Made by a program: the position numbers and the translations under genes. Shown here piece after piece: positions 24,731 to 32,000 of a stretch of 32,000 nt of DNA; position 1 is the first letter of the stretch; each line of letters opens with the position of its first letter. This stretch comes from Delftia acidovorans NBRC 14950 (GTDB lineage Bacteria > Pseudomonadota > Gammaproteobacteria > Burkholderiales > Burkholderiaceae_C), in assembly GCF_001598795.1 (NCBI RefSeq), contig NZ_BCZP01000001.1:480001-512000 (forward strand). The letters are read 5' to 3'. The notes under the pieces were generated by a model. That model was given only the letters and a program-made list of their open reading frames with translations, was not told the origin of the DNA and ran no database searches.

Positions 24731-26200
24731 ATGCATCCATTTGACGAGATGTACACGATGACGCCGTTCGACGGCAGCGATGTGCGCCTGCACTACAAGG
24801 ACTACGCGCAATGGCTTGCGCGCCAGTCCGAACAGACGCTGCGAGCGCGCAGCGCCGAGGCCGAGATCATCTTCCGGCGCGTCGGCATCACGTTCGCCGT
24901 CTACGGCGACAAGGACGAAAGCGGCGCCGGCAACGAGCGCCTCATCCCCTTCGACCTGATACCGCGCGTCATTCCCGCACATGAATGGTCGCGAATGCAG
25001 GCGGGCCTGGTGCAGCGCGTGACGGCGCTCAACCGCTTCCTGCACGATGTCTATCACGACCAGGAGATCCTGCGCGCGGGCCTGGTGCCGCGCGAACTGG
25101 TGCTGAACAACAGCCAGTACCGGCCCGAGATGCGGGGCCTGGCGGTGCAGGGCGGCATCTACGCCCACATTGCCGGCATCGACATCGTGCGCGCTGCCAA
25201 TGCCCAGGGCGAGGGCGTGTACTACGTGCTGGAGGACAACCTGCGCGTGCCCTCGGGCGTGTCGTACATGCTGGAGAACCGGCGCATGATGATGCGGCTG
25301 TTCCCGGACCTGTTCTCGCGCCATCCCGTGGAGCCCGTGGCCCACTATCCCGACATGCTGCTGGAGACGCTGCGCGCCAGCGCGCCGGCCGGCACGCCCG
25401 AGCCCACGGTGGTGGTGCTGACGCCCGGCATGCACAACAGCGCCTACTTCGAGCATGCCTTCCTGGCCCAGCAAATGGGCGTGGAGCTGGTCGAGGGCCA
25501 GGACCTGGTGGTGGACAAGGACGTTGTCTACATGCGCACCACGCGCGGCCCGCAGCGCGTGGACGTGATCTACCGGCGCGTGGACGATGATTTTCTCGAC
25601 CCCGAAGTCTTTCGCCCCACCTCCACGCTGGGCTGCCCCGGCCTCATGCGCGCCTACCGTGCCGGCAACGTGAGCATCTGCAATGCAGCGGGCACGGGTG
25701 TGGCCGATGACAAATCGGTCTACCCCTATGTGCCGGAGATGATCCGCTTCTATCTGGGCGAGGAGCCCATCCTGCAGAACGTGCCGACCTGGCTGTGCCG
25801 CAAGCCCGATGACCTGCGCTACGTGCTCGACCACCTGGACGAACTGGTGGTCAAGGAAGTCCACGGCGCCGGTGGCTACGGGATGCTGATCGGGCCTGCC
25901 GCCTCGCGCGGCGAGATCGAGGATTTCCGCCGCGCGCTCATCGCCAATCCCGGCGGCTATATCGCGCAGCCCACGCTGGCGCTGTCCACCTGCCCCACCC
26001 TGGTGGAGCAGGGCATAGCGCCAAGGCATATCGATCTGCGGCCCTTCGTGCTCAGCGGCAATCAGGTGCGCATGGTGGCCGGCGGCCTCACGCGCGTGGC
26101 GCTCAAGGAGGGCTCGCTGGTGGTCAATTCATCACAGGGCGGCGGCACCAAGGACACTTGGGTGCTGGGGGCCGGTGAGTCAAACGAGGGAGGACATTGA
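24731..26200 (+). CDS. circularly permuted type-2 ATP-grasp protein (DUF404/DUF407-type)
   Basis: AGGAGG Shine-Dalgarno. Family-typical N-terminus FDEM...YKDYAQWL...FRRVGITFAVYGD...ERLIPFDLIPRVI, with VVKEVHGAGGYGMLIGP and LRPFVL later. Confidence 0.88.
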   Translation: MHPFDEMYTMTPFDGSDVRLHYKDYAQWLARQSEQTLRARSAEAEIIFRRVGITFAVYGDKDESGAGNERLIPFDLIPRVIPAHEWSRMQAGLVQRVTALNRFLHDVYHDQEILRAGLVPRELVLNNSQYRPEMRGLAVQGGIYAHIAGIDIVRAANAQGEGVYYVLEDNLRVPSGVSYMLENRRMMMRLFPDLFSRHPVEPVAHYPDMLLETLRASAPAGTPEPTVVVLTPGMHNSAYFEHAFLAQQMGVELVEGQDLVVDKDVVYMRTTRGPQRVDVIYRRVDDDFLDPEVFRPTSTLGCPGLMRAYRAGNVSICNAAGTGVADDKSVYPYVPEMIRFYLGEEPILQNVPTWLCRKPDDLRYVLDHLDELVVKEVHGAGGYGMLIGPAASRGEIEDFRRALIANPGGYIAQPTLALSTCPTLVEQGIAPRHIDLRPFVLSGNQVRMVAGGLTRVALKEGSLVVNSSQGGGTKDTWVLGAGESNEGGH

Positions 26201-27169
26201 ATGCTCAGCCGTACTGCCGATCATCTGTACTGGATGTCCCGCTACACGGAGCGTGCGGAGAACACCGCCCGCATGCTCAACGTCTCCTATGACACCTCCA
26301 TGCTGCCCCAGGCGCCGCAGGTGGCGCGCAAGGCCTGGCAGGGCGTGCTGTCCATCAGCGAGCTGATCCCCTCCTACGCCGCCCGCCACGGCGAGGTACA
26401 GCGCGAGGCCGTGCTGCACTTCATGGTGCGCGACGAGAGCAACTCCTCGTCCATCGCCTCCTGCCTGCGCGCTGCGCGGGAGAACGCGCGCGCCGTGCGC
26501 GGCGCGCTGACCACCGAGGCCTGGGAGACCCAGAACCAGACCTGGCTGGAGCTCAAGCGCCTGCTGGCCGAGGGCGACTGGGAGCGCGATCCGGGCCAGT
26601 TCTTCGAATGGGTCAAGCACCGCTCGCACCTGTCGCGCGGCGTGACGCTGGGCACCATGCTGCAGGACGAGGCCTTCCACTTCCTGCGCCTGGGCACCTT
26701 CATCGAGCGCGCCGACAACACGGCACGCCTGCTGGACGTGAAGTTCCACGCCATCGAGCGCGACTACCACGGCAGCGCACGCAACGGCGCATCGGGCAAG
26801 GCGGCCACGCCGTTCGACTTCTACCACTGGAGCGCGCTGCTGCGCAGTGTCTCGGCCTTCGAGGTCTACCGCAAGGTCTACCGCGACGTGATCACGCCCG
26901 AGCGCGTGGCCGAGCTGCTGATGCTGCGCAGCGACATGCCGCGCTCGCTGCTGGCCAGCATGCTGGAGGTGGTGGCCAACCTGGAAAGCGTGGCCAACGC
27001 CCAGTCGCGCGAGACCCAGCGCAAGGCAGGCCGCCTGCTGGCCGACCTGCGCTATGCGCGCATCGACGAAATCCTGGCCACGGGCCTGCACGCCTATCTC
27101 ACGCAGTTCCTGGACCGTGTGCACGACCTGGGCCAGGGCATCAGCCGGGACTTTCTGGTGCCCGCCTGA
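26201..27169 (+). CDS. alpha-E domain-containing protein (DUF403-type)
   Basis: The ATG directly abuts the ATP-grasp TGA. Family-typical N-terminus MLSRTADHLYWMSRYTERAENTARML and FLRLGTFIERADNTARLLDVK. Confidence 0.88.
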   Translation: MLSRTADHLYWMSRYTERAENTARMLNVSYDTSMLPQAPQVARKAWQGVLSISELIPSYAARHGEVQREAVLHFMVRDESNSSSIASCLRAARENARAVRGALTTEAWETQNQTWLELKRLLAEGDWERDPGQFFEWVKHRSHLSRGVTLGTMLQDEAFHFLRLGTFIERADNTARLLDVKFHAIERDYHGSARNGASGKAATPFDFYHWSALLRSVSAFEVYRKVYRDVITPERVAELLMLRSDMPRSLLASMLEVVANLESVANAQSRETQRKAGRLLADLRYARIDEILATGLHAYLTQFLDRVHDLGQGISRDFLVPA

Positions 27170-27190
27170 GTCCGCCGGCCGCCATGCAGC

Positions 27191-27216
27191 ACAAAGCCGC
27201 CCTCGGGCGGCTTTGT
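27191..27216. terminator. bidirectional hairpin between convergent alpha-E and allA genes
   Basis: ACAAAGCCGCC-ctcg-GGCGGCTTTGT, an 11-bp stem. Confidence 0.6.
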
Positions 27217-27242
27217 TCATTGGTTCATTGGGCGGGCCGAAT

Positions 27243-27785
27243 TCAGGCCTGCGCGCTGTCCAGGTCCAGCACAACGCCCTCGGCGCCGCCGATGGGCAGC
27301 ACGTCGCAGTTGTCGCCAGGGCCGCCACGGTCGATCACGATGAAGCGCGCCGGCGCATTCAACGCGATCAGCGAGTGGTGCCAGACGCCGCGCCGGTAGT
27401 TCACGCCCTGGCGGCCGTTGGTGATGAAGGCGCGCAGGTCGGCGGTTGCCACCTGTTCGCCCAGGGGGGCCACCACCACGATGAAGGGCTGCGCATCCAG
27501 CGGCATGAAAGCCTGGCTGCCCAGGGGGTGGCGCTCCATGCTGGTCAGCCGCAGGGGCAGCGCATAGGGCCGGGCATGGAACAGGTTGATCAGCCCATGG
27601 CCTTCGCTGCCGCCCGTGTCCACGCGGGCCAGGGCGTGGTAGCGCTCGGTCATGCCATCGTTGATGAGCAGCGGTGTGTGGCCTGTGCTGTCCAGGACCT
27701 CGCCAAACTCGGCAAAGGCCTCGGCGGTCAGCGGCTGGGCGCGCAGGCAAAGGCTGGCGGGGCGGGTCTCTGACAAGGTGTTCAC
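27243..27785 (-). CDS. allA: ureidoglycolate lyase (AllA family)
   Basis: Collinear with E. coli AllA: ERHPLGSQAF.P, LRAFITNG.QGVNY.R.VWHH.L, IDRGG.GDNCDV. GTG start with AAGAGG 9 nt upstream. Confidence 0.88.
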   Translation of the reverse strand: MNTLSETRPASLCLRAQPLTAEAFAEFGEVLDSTGHTPLLINDGMTERYHALARVDTGGSEGHGLINLFHARPYALPLRLTSMERHPLGSQAFMPLDAQPFIVVVAPLGEQVATADLRAFITNGRQGVNYRRGVWHHSLIALNAPARFIVIDRGGPGDNCDVLPIGGAEGVVLDLDSAQA

Positions 27786-27808
27786 GAAGTTTTGCCTCTT
27801 GTTTTCAT

Positions 27809-27823
27809 ACTGGTAATACCAGT
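27809..27823. promoter_or_regulatory. FadR/GntR-type palindromic operator ACTGGTA-A-TACCAGT, proximal to allA
   Basis: Perfect 7+1+7 palindrome containing TGGTnnnACCA, 24 nt upstream of the allA start. Part of the 21-nt repeat TTCATACyGGTAATACCAGTT. Confidence 0.55.
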
Positions 27824-27942
27824 TTGCAGTTGGACCGGATTTTTGTCAAACCTCGGGGAATTGGTTTTGCTTGCGTTGAATTGGGGTAAATGCGAGTGCA
27901 CATGGCAAAGCGCTGGGGGTACCGTTCGCTTCGTAATTTCAT

Positions 27943-27957
27943 ACCGGTAATACCAGT
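27943..27957. promoter_or_regulatory. second copy of the operator (ACCGGTA-A-TACCAGT), proximal to the MFS gene
   Basis: Differs from the first copy at one position. Lies 32 nt upstream of the MFS ATG and 134 bp from copy 1. Confidence 0.5.
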
Positions 27958-27988
27958 TGGTCGCAACTCCTCAACCAAGGACTCCCTG

Positions 27989-29323
27989 ATGTCATCTCTT
28001 CCCGCATCTGCCGAGGTCGCCGGCGCGGCGCCGGCGCTGGCCAGCGAAACGCCGGCCGAGGCCGCCGTCTACCGCAAGGTGGCCTGGCGCCTGCTGCCCT
28101 TCATCATGGCCTGCTATGTGGCGGCCTACCTGGACCGGGTGAACGTGGGCTTCGCCAAGCTGCACATGCTGGCCGACCTGCAGTTCAGCGAGGCCATGTA
28201 CGGCCTGGGAGCGGGGCTGTTCTTCATCGGCTATTTCTTCTTCGAGGTGCCCAGCAACATGCTGATGCACCGCATAGGCGCCAAGGCAACCATCTCGCGG
28301 ATCATGATCATGTGGAGCCTGATCTCGGCGGCCATGATGTTCGTGAGCACGCCCACGCAGTTCTACGTGCTGCGCTTTCTGCTGGGCGCGGCCGAGGCGG
28401 GCTTCTACCCCGGCATGATCCTGTACATGACCTACTGGTTTCCGTCGTACCGGCGCGCCCGCATGGTGGCGCTGTTCATGTGCGCGATTCCGGTCTCGGG
28501 CATCCTGGGCGGCCCGCTGTCGGGCGGCATCATGGACCTGATGCAGGGCGTGGCGGGGCTGCGCGGCTGGCAATGGCTATTCCTGCTCGAGGCCATTCCC
28601 TCGATGATCCTGGGCCTGGCCGTGCTCTGGTATCTGGACAACGGCATCCGCGCCGCACGCTGGTTGACCGAGGCGGAAAAGACCCTGCTGGAGCGCAACA
28701 TCGCCCGCGAGAACGCCAGCAAGAGCGATAGCCATGTGACGCTGCGCGCGCTGTTCTCCGACCCGCGCATCATCAAGATGGCCCTGATCTGCTTTTGCAC
28801 CGTCATGGGCCAGTACGGCCTCACGTTCTGGCTGCCCAGCCTGATCCGCCAGTCGGGCGTGGAGGGGGCCTTTCACATCGGCCTGCTGACGGCCGTGCCG
28901 TTCTCGGTGGCCGTGGTGTCCATGAACCTGGTCAGCCGCAGTTCGGACCGCATGCGCGAGCGCCGCTGGCACCTGATCGTGCCGTTCTGCGTGGGCGCAG
29001 CGGGCCTGATGCTGTCGGCCATCTTCAGCGGCAACGTCTATCTGTCGCTGGCCGCCCTGGCGCTGGCCGCGGGCGGCAGCCTGGCGACCTCTCCGCTGTT
29101 CTGGAGCCTGCCCACGGCCATCCTGTCCAGCGCGGGTGCGGCAGCCGGCATTGCGCTGATCAACTCCTTTGCCAACCTGGCCGGCTTCATCAGTCCCTAC
29201 ATGATCGGCCTCATCAAGGATGCGACACAGAGCACCAATGCCGCCATGTTCGTGCTGGCCGGCGTGCTGCTGTTCGGCGCCTTCCTGACCTATACGGTGC
29301 CGGCCAAGCTGGTCAACAAGTAG
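27989..29323 (+). CDS. MFS transporter, anion:cation symporter (ACS) family, tartrate/organic-acid-permease-like
   Basis: AAGGA Shine-Dalgarno. Motifs typical of ACS-family members: YRKVAWRLLPF...YLDRVNVGFA and FFEVPSN. About 12 TM. Confidence 0.87.
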   Translation: MSSLPASAEVAGAAPALASETPAEAAVYRKVAWRLLPFIMACYVAAYLDRVNVGFAKLHMLADLQFSEAMYGLGAGLFFIGYFFFEVPSNMLMHRIGAKATISRIMIMWSLISAAMMFVSTPTQFYVLRFLLGAAEAGFYPGMILYMTYWFPSYRRARMVALFMCAIPVSGILGGPLSGGIMDLMQGVAGLRGWQWLFLLEAIPSMILGLAVLWYLDNGIRAARWLTEAEKTLLERNIARENASKSDSHVTLRALFSDPRIIKMALICFCTVMGQYGLTFWLPSLIRQSGVEGAFHIGLLTAVPFSVAVVSMNLVSRSSDRMRERRWHLIVPFCVGAAGLMLSAIFSGNVYLSLAALALAAGGSLATSPLFWSLPTAILSSAGAAAGIALINSFANLAGFISPYMIGLIKDATQSTNAAMFVLAGVLLFGAFLTYTVPAKLVNK

Positions 29324-29413
29324 AGGTACCAACGCCGCACGACCACGCGGCAGCGGTGCGCAGTCGCTAAGATCAGCGCACCTGCCGCCCCCGACCCCGA
29401 GACCTGCCAACGC

Positions 29414-30133
29414 ATGGAACCCAGCACCGCTTCCAGTCCTTCCGCCAGCACCGCCGTTGCCGGCAATGCCGCCCGCGTGATCCGCGAGTGGATCGAGGGC
29501 GGCGTGTATCCGGTGGGCGCGCTGCTGCCGTCGCAGCGCGACCTGTCGGAGCAACTGGGCATCAGCCGGACCTCGCTGCGCGAAGCGCTGTCCACGCTGC
29601 AGGGGCTGGGCCTGGTCGTGGCGCGGCCCGGCAAGGGCATGTACGTGACCGAGGCCACCGACGCCCCGGCCTCTGGCGCAGAGGCCTGGCGCTTTGCCGA
29701 CTCGCATGCGCTCACCGATGTCTATCAGCTGCGCTATGCGCTGGAGGGCTTTGTCGCACGCCTGGCTGCCCTGGTGGTGCAGCCCGAAGACGTGGCGGCC
29801 CTGCAGGCCAACCTGCAGGCCATGCAGCAGAGCATCGAGCTGGCCGATTTCGTGCAGGCCACGCGCCTGGATTTCGAGTTTCACCTGCAGATCGCCACCA
29901 TCTCGGGCAACCATGCGATTGCCGACGTGCTGCGCGGCAGCGGCGAGGTCATGCAGGAAAGCCAGCGCCTGCCGTATTACAAGCGCGGCGCGCGCCATGC
30001 GACCGCCGAGGAGCATGCCGCCATCATCGAGGCCCTGTCCCAGGGCCGGCCCGAACTGGCGCAGCAGGCCATGGCCACGCACATCGTGCAGGCTGCCCAG
30101 CGCGCGGGCGTGCACTTTCCCACCGGCCTGTAA
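29414..30133 (+). CDS. GntR-family transcriptional regulator, FadR subfamily (winged HTH + FCD domain)
   Basis: LPSQRDLSEQLGISRTSLREALSTLQGLGLVVARPGKGMYV, followed by an all-helical C-terminal domain with the conserved His pattern (FEFHLQIA...H.AI). Confidence 0.9.
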   Translation: MEPSTASSPSASTAVAGNAARVIREWIEGGVYPVGALLPSQRDLSEQLGISRTSLREALSTLQGLGLVVARPGKGMYVTEATDAPASGAEAWRFADSHALTDVYQLRYALEGFVARLAALVVQPEDVAALQANLQAMQQSIELADFVQATRLDFEFHLQIATISGNHAIADVLRGSGEVMQESQRLPYYKRGARHATAEEHAAIIEALSQGRPELAQQAMATHIVQAAQRAGVHFPTGL

Positions 30134-30231
30134 GCGCGCCGGCACGAGCCCGATCGGCCGGGTTTTTGGCCTTACCATCCTTGGCGCAACGCATTTTTTC
30201 CCTCTCTACAGACCGCCACGGATGCCCATCC

Positions 30232-31530
30232 ATGACAAGCCAAGGAAATGAACTCTGCATACTGGCAGACGCCCTCGCGGCGCAGCGCGAAGGACTCTTG
30301 CAGACATGGCGCAAGGCCGTCAGGCGGGACCCGGCACTGACCGCCGGCGAGGCGCTTCCCCGCACCCAGTTGAACGATCACATTCCGGCCGTGCTGGCCG
30401 CGTTCGAGCAGCAATTGCGGACCCTCGGCGGTGCCCCGGCAGGCGCTGCCGAGCCGCCGGTCGATGGCGAGCAGGCCGCCGCCCACGGCCTGCACCGCTG
30501 GCAACAGGGCTATGACCTGCATGAAGTCGTGCGCGAGCTGGGCCTGCTCAACGAAGTCATGGTGGCGCAACTGGAGGCCTATGCCGAGGAGCATCCCGAT
30601 GCGCATGGCGCCATGCCCGTTGCGCGCAAGGCCTGGGCCGCCACCTACACGCGCGACGTGCAGGACAGCAGCACCCAGTATTTCCGCCTGCAGCAGCAGG
30701 AGGCCGAGGGCCATGTCCGGGACCTGGAAGCGGCGCTGCATGACGTGAGCACGCTGGACCTGCAGCGCTCGCAACTGTGGGAGCAGGTCGCGCATGACCT
30801 GCGCAGCAACGTCGGCGTGGTGGCCAATGTGACGCATGGCCTGGGCATGCAGCATGCGCCGGCGCAGTCGCGCGAGAAACTCCTGCGCATGCTGGACCGC
30901 AACGTCCAGTCGCTGCGCCATCTGCTGGATGACGTGACGGAGCTGGCCAAGCTGCACGCCGGGCGCGAGCATCGCCAGCTGACCTCCTTTGACGCAGCCG
31001 AGGTGATCACCCATCTGTGCGAGGGACTGCAGGCCCTGGCCAACGATCGCGGCCTGTACCTGCACCTGCAGGGGCCGGGGACGATGCCGGTGGAAGGGGA
31101 TGCCTTGAAACTGCGCCGCATCGCGCAGAACCTGATACTCAACGCGCTCAAGTACACCCAGGAGGGCGGTGTCACGGTGAAGTGGGCTCTGGGTGATGGG
31201 GAGGACCGGCGCCGCTGGATGCTCTCCATCGGGGACACGGGCCCTGGCATGGCGCCTGCGGCGCCTTTGGTTGCCGCCCTCAAGCAGGCCACGGACATGG
31301 ACCCTTCGGGCCACCTGGGGACGGCGGCGTCCGGGGAGGTCCGCACCGGGGGCGCGCCGCAGCAAGGCGGTGCGGCGGCCAGCTACCGCAGCGGCGCAGG
31401 CGAGGGGATCGGCCTGTCCATCGTCAAGCGGCTGGCGGAATTGCTGGACGCCACGATCGAGGTGCAGTCGGCCGCGCAGACCGGCACGACCTTTCTTCTG
31501 TTGTTTCCGCTGCGATACGCCGACGAGTGA
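30232..31530 (+). CDS. soluble sensor histidine kinase (RsbRD_N-like N-terminal domain, HisKA, HATPase_c with enlarged ATP lid)
   Basis: No TM segment. N-terminus LAAQREGLLQTWRKAVR...HGLHRWQQGYDLHEVVRELGLL. H-box VAHDLRSNVG, N-box NLILNALKYT, G1 IGDTGPGM, G2 GEGIGLSIV. The start has a weak Shine-Dalgarno. Confidence 0.82.
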   Translation: MTSQGNELCILADALAAQREGLLQTWRKAVRRDPALTAGEALPRTQLNDHIPAVLAAFEQQLRTLGGAPAGAAEPPVDGEQAAAHGLHRWQQGYDLHEVVRELGLLNEVMVAQLEAYAEEHPDAHGAMPVARKAWAATYTRDVQDSSTQYFRLQQQEAEGHVRDLEAALHDVSTLDLQRSQLWEQVAHDLRSNVGVVANVTHGLGMQHAPAQSREKLLRMLDRNVQSLRHLLDDVTELAKLHAGREHRQLTSFDAAEVITHLCEGLQALANDRGLYLHLQGPGTMPVEGDALKLRRIAQNLILNALKYTQEGGVTVKWALGDGEDRRRWMLSIGDTGPGMAPAAPLVAALKQATDMDPSGHLGTAASGEVRTGGAPQQGGAAASYRSGAGEGIGLSIVKRLAELLDATIEVQSAAQTGTTFLLLFPLRYADE

Positions 31531-31552
31531 CCGATAGCTGGGCCAGAAGATG

Positions 31553-31580
31553 AAAAAACGGGCACACAGGCCCGTCGTTT
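31553..31580. terminator. bidirectional rho-independent terminator between the kinase gene and bfr
   Basis: AAAAAA-CGGGC-acacag-GCCCG-TCGTTT. On the minus strand the hairpin is followed by TTTTTT. Confidence 0.65.
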
Positions 31581-31624
31581 CGAGTGCGGGGTGCGGCCTG
31601 TGCCGCCGCCCCTGAGTCCGATGC

Positions 31625-32000
31625 TCAGGACTCTTCGTCCATCTGCGACTGCAGGTAGTTCTGGATGCCGACCTTGTCGATCAGGTCCAGCTGGGTTTCG
31701 AGGTAGTCGATGTGCTCCTCGGTATCGTCCAGGATCTTTTGCAGCAGGTCGCGCGAGACATAGTCGCGCACGCTTTCGCAGTGGGCGATGCCGTCCTTGA
31801 TGGTCTGCTGCGCGGTTTTCTCGCTGCTCAGGTCGCAAGCCAGGGCTTCGGGCACGTCCTCGCCGACTTGCAGCTTGCCCAGGTCCTGCAGGTTGGGCAG
31901 GCCGTCGAGCACGAAGATGCGGTCCATGAGCCAGTCGGCGTGCTTCATCTCGCCGATGGACTCCTTGTATTCCTTCTTGGCCAGCCTGTCGAAGCCCCAG
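31625..32000 (-). CDS. bfr: bacterioferritin, N-terminal part lies beyond the window end
   Basis: Collinear with the E. coli Bfr C-terminal two-thirds: MKHAD..I.RI..L.GLPNLQDLGKL..GEDV, DYVSRD, HIDYLETQLDLI.K.G.QNYLQSQ. The frame stays open to nt 32000. Confidence 0.9.
   Translation of the reverse strand, partial: WGFDRLAKKEYKESIGEMKHADWLMDRIFVLDGLPNLQDLGKLQVGEDVPEALACDLSSEKTAQQTIKDGIAHCESVRDYVSRDLLQKILDDTEEHIDYLETQLDLIDKVGIQNYLQSQMDEES

Noticed and set aside
24647-26029. A 460-aa minus-strand ORF opposite the ATP-grasp gene. Similar long shadows occur at 5038-6690 and 5405-6826 (opposite the ALDH), 6762-8324, 7816-8901, 9869-11077, 10786-12081, 20120-21358, 22539-24176, 23114-24382, 26180-27328, 28577-30178 and 30172-31365
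   Set aside because: These are antisense or out-of-frame shadows of genes with strong family signatures. Their composition is the typical high-GC shadow type (R, A, G, P, H rich). They lack RBSs and motifs, and each overlaps a confidently called gene almost completely.
27215-27231. A tiny tandem duplication GTTCATTG-GTTCATTG next to the alpha-E/allA terminator
   Set aside because: It has only two 8-nt units in a convergent intergenic spacer. Nothing suggests a function, and its resemblance to the GTTCAT half-site at 3161 is too short to mean anything.

Overview
High-GC (about two-thirds G+C by eye) proteobacterial chromosomal segment. Gene content and synteny (dapA-bamC, parE-parC, Ala/Pro-rich linkers) look like Burkholderiales/Comamonadaceae, but that assignment is inference only. 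I call 29 protein-coding genes, one of them a tentative 49-codon ORF, two of them cut by the window edges. They are: a partial membrane protein; a PepSY / OmpR-type response regulator / histidine kinase operon with a divergent second PepSY gene and a SlyB-like lipoprotein; slyD; an aldehyde dehydrogenase with a divergent AraC regulator; a RoxA/YcfD-type cupin oxygenase; a small Ala/Pro-rich lipoprotein; bamC and dapA; a SAM methyltransferase; an MFS transporter; parE, an SLT lytic transglycosylase and parC; an MCP; ridA; comEC; a circularly permuted ATP-grasp plus alpha-E pair; allA; an ACS-type MFS transporter; a GntR/FadR regulator; a soluble histidine kinase; and a partial bfr. I see no rRNA, tRNA, CRISPR, transposase, integrase, phage gene or recognisable defence gene. 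The window reads as core housekeeping DNA, and I cannot support a claim that it holds a clearly novel multi-gene system. The least-understood parts are (i) the ATP-grasp/alpha-E module, which lacks its usual transglutaminase partner; (ii) the PepSY two-component locus, which has a Pho-box-like direct repeat, a probable leaderless start and a 12-bp tandem repeat; (iii) an atypical AT-rich ~390-bp intergenic region with a duplicated 32-nt module upstream of a lipoprotein gene whose codon usage suggests high expression; and (iv) paired FadR-type palindromic operators in the allA/MFS divergent promoter. Many long ORFs in the supplied track are codon-aligned antisense shadows of real genes, including the 1759-aa one. 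All family assignments come from my recognition of motifs in the translations. No database search was run.
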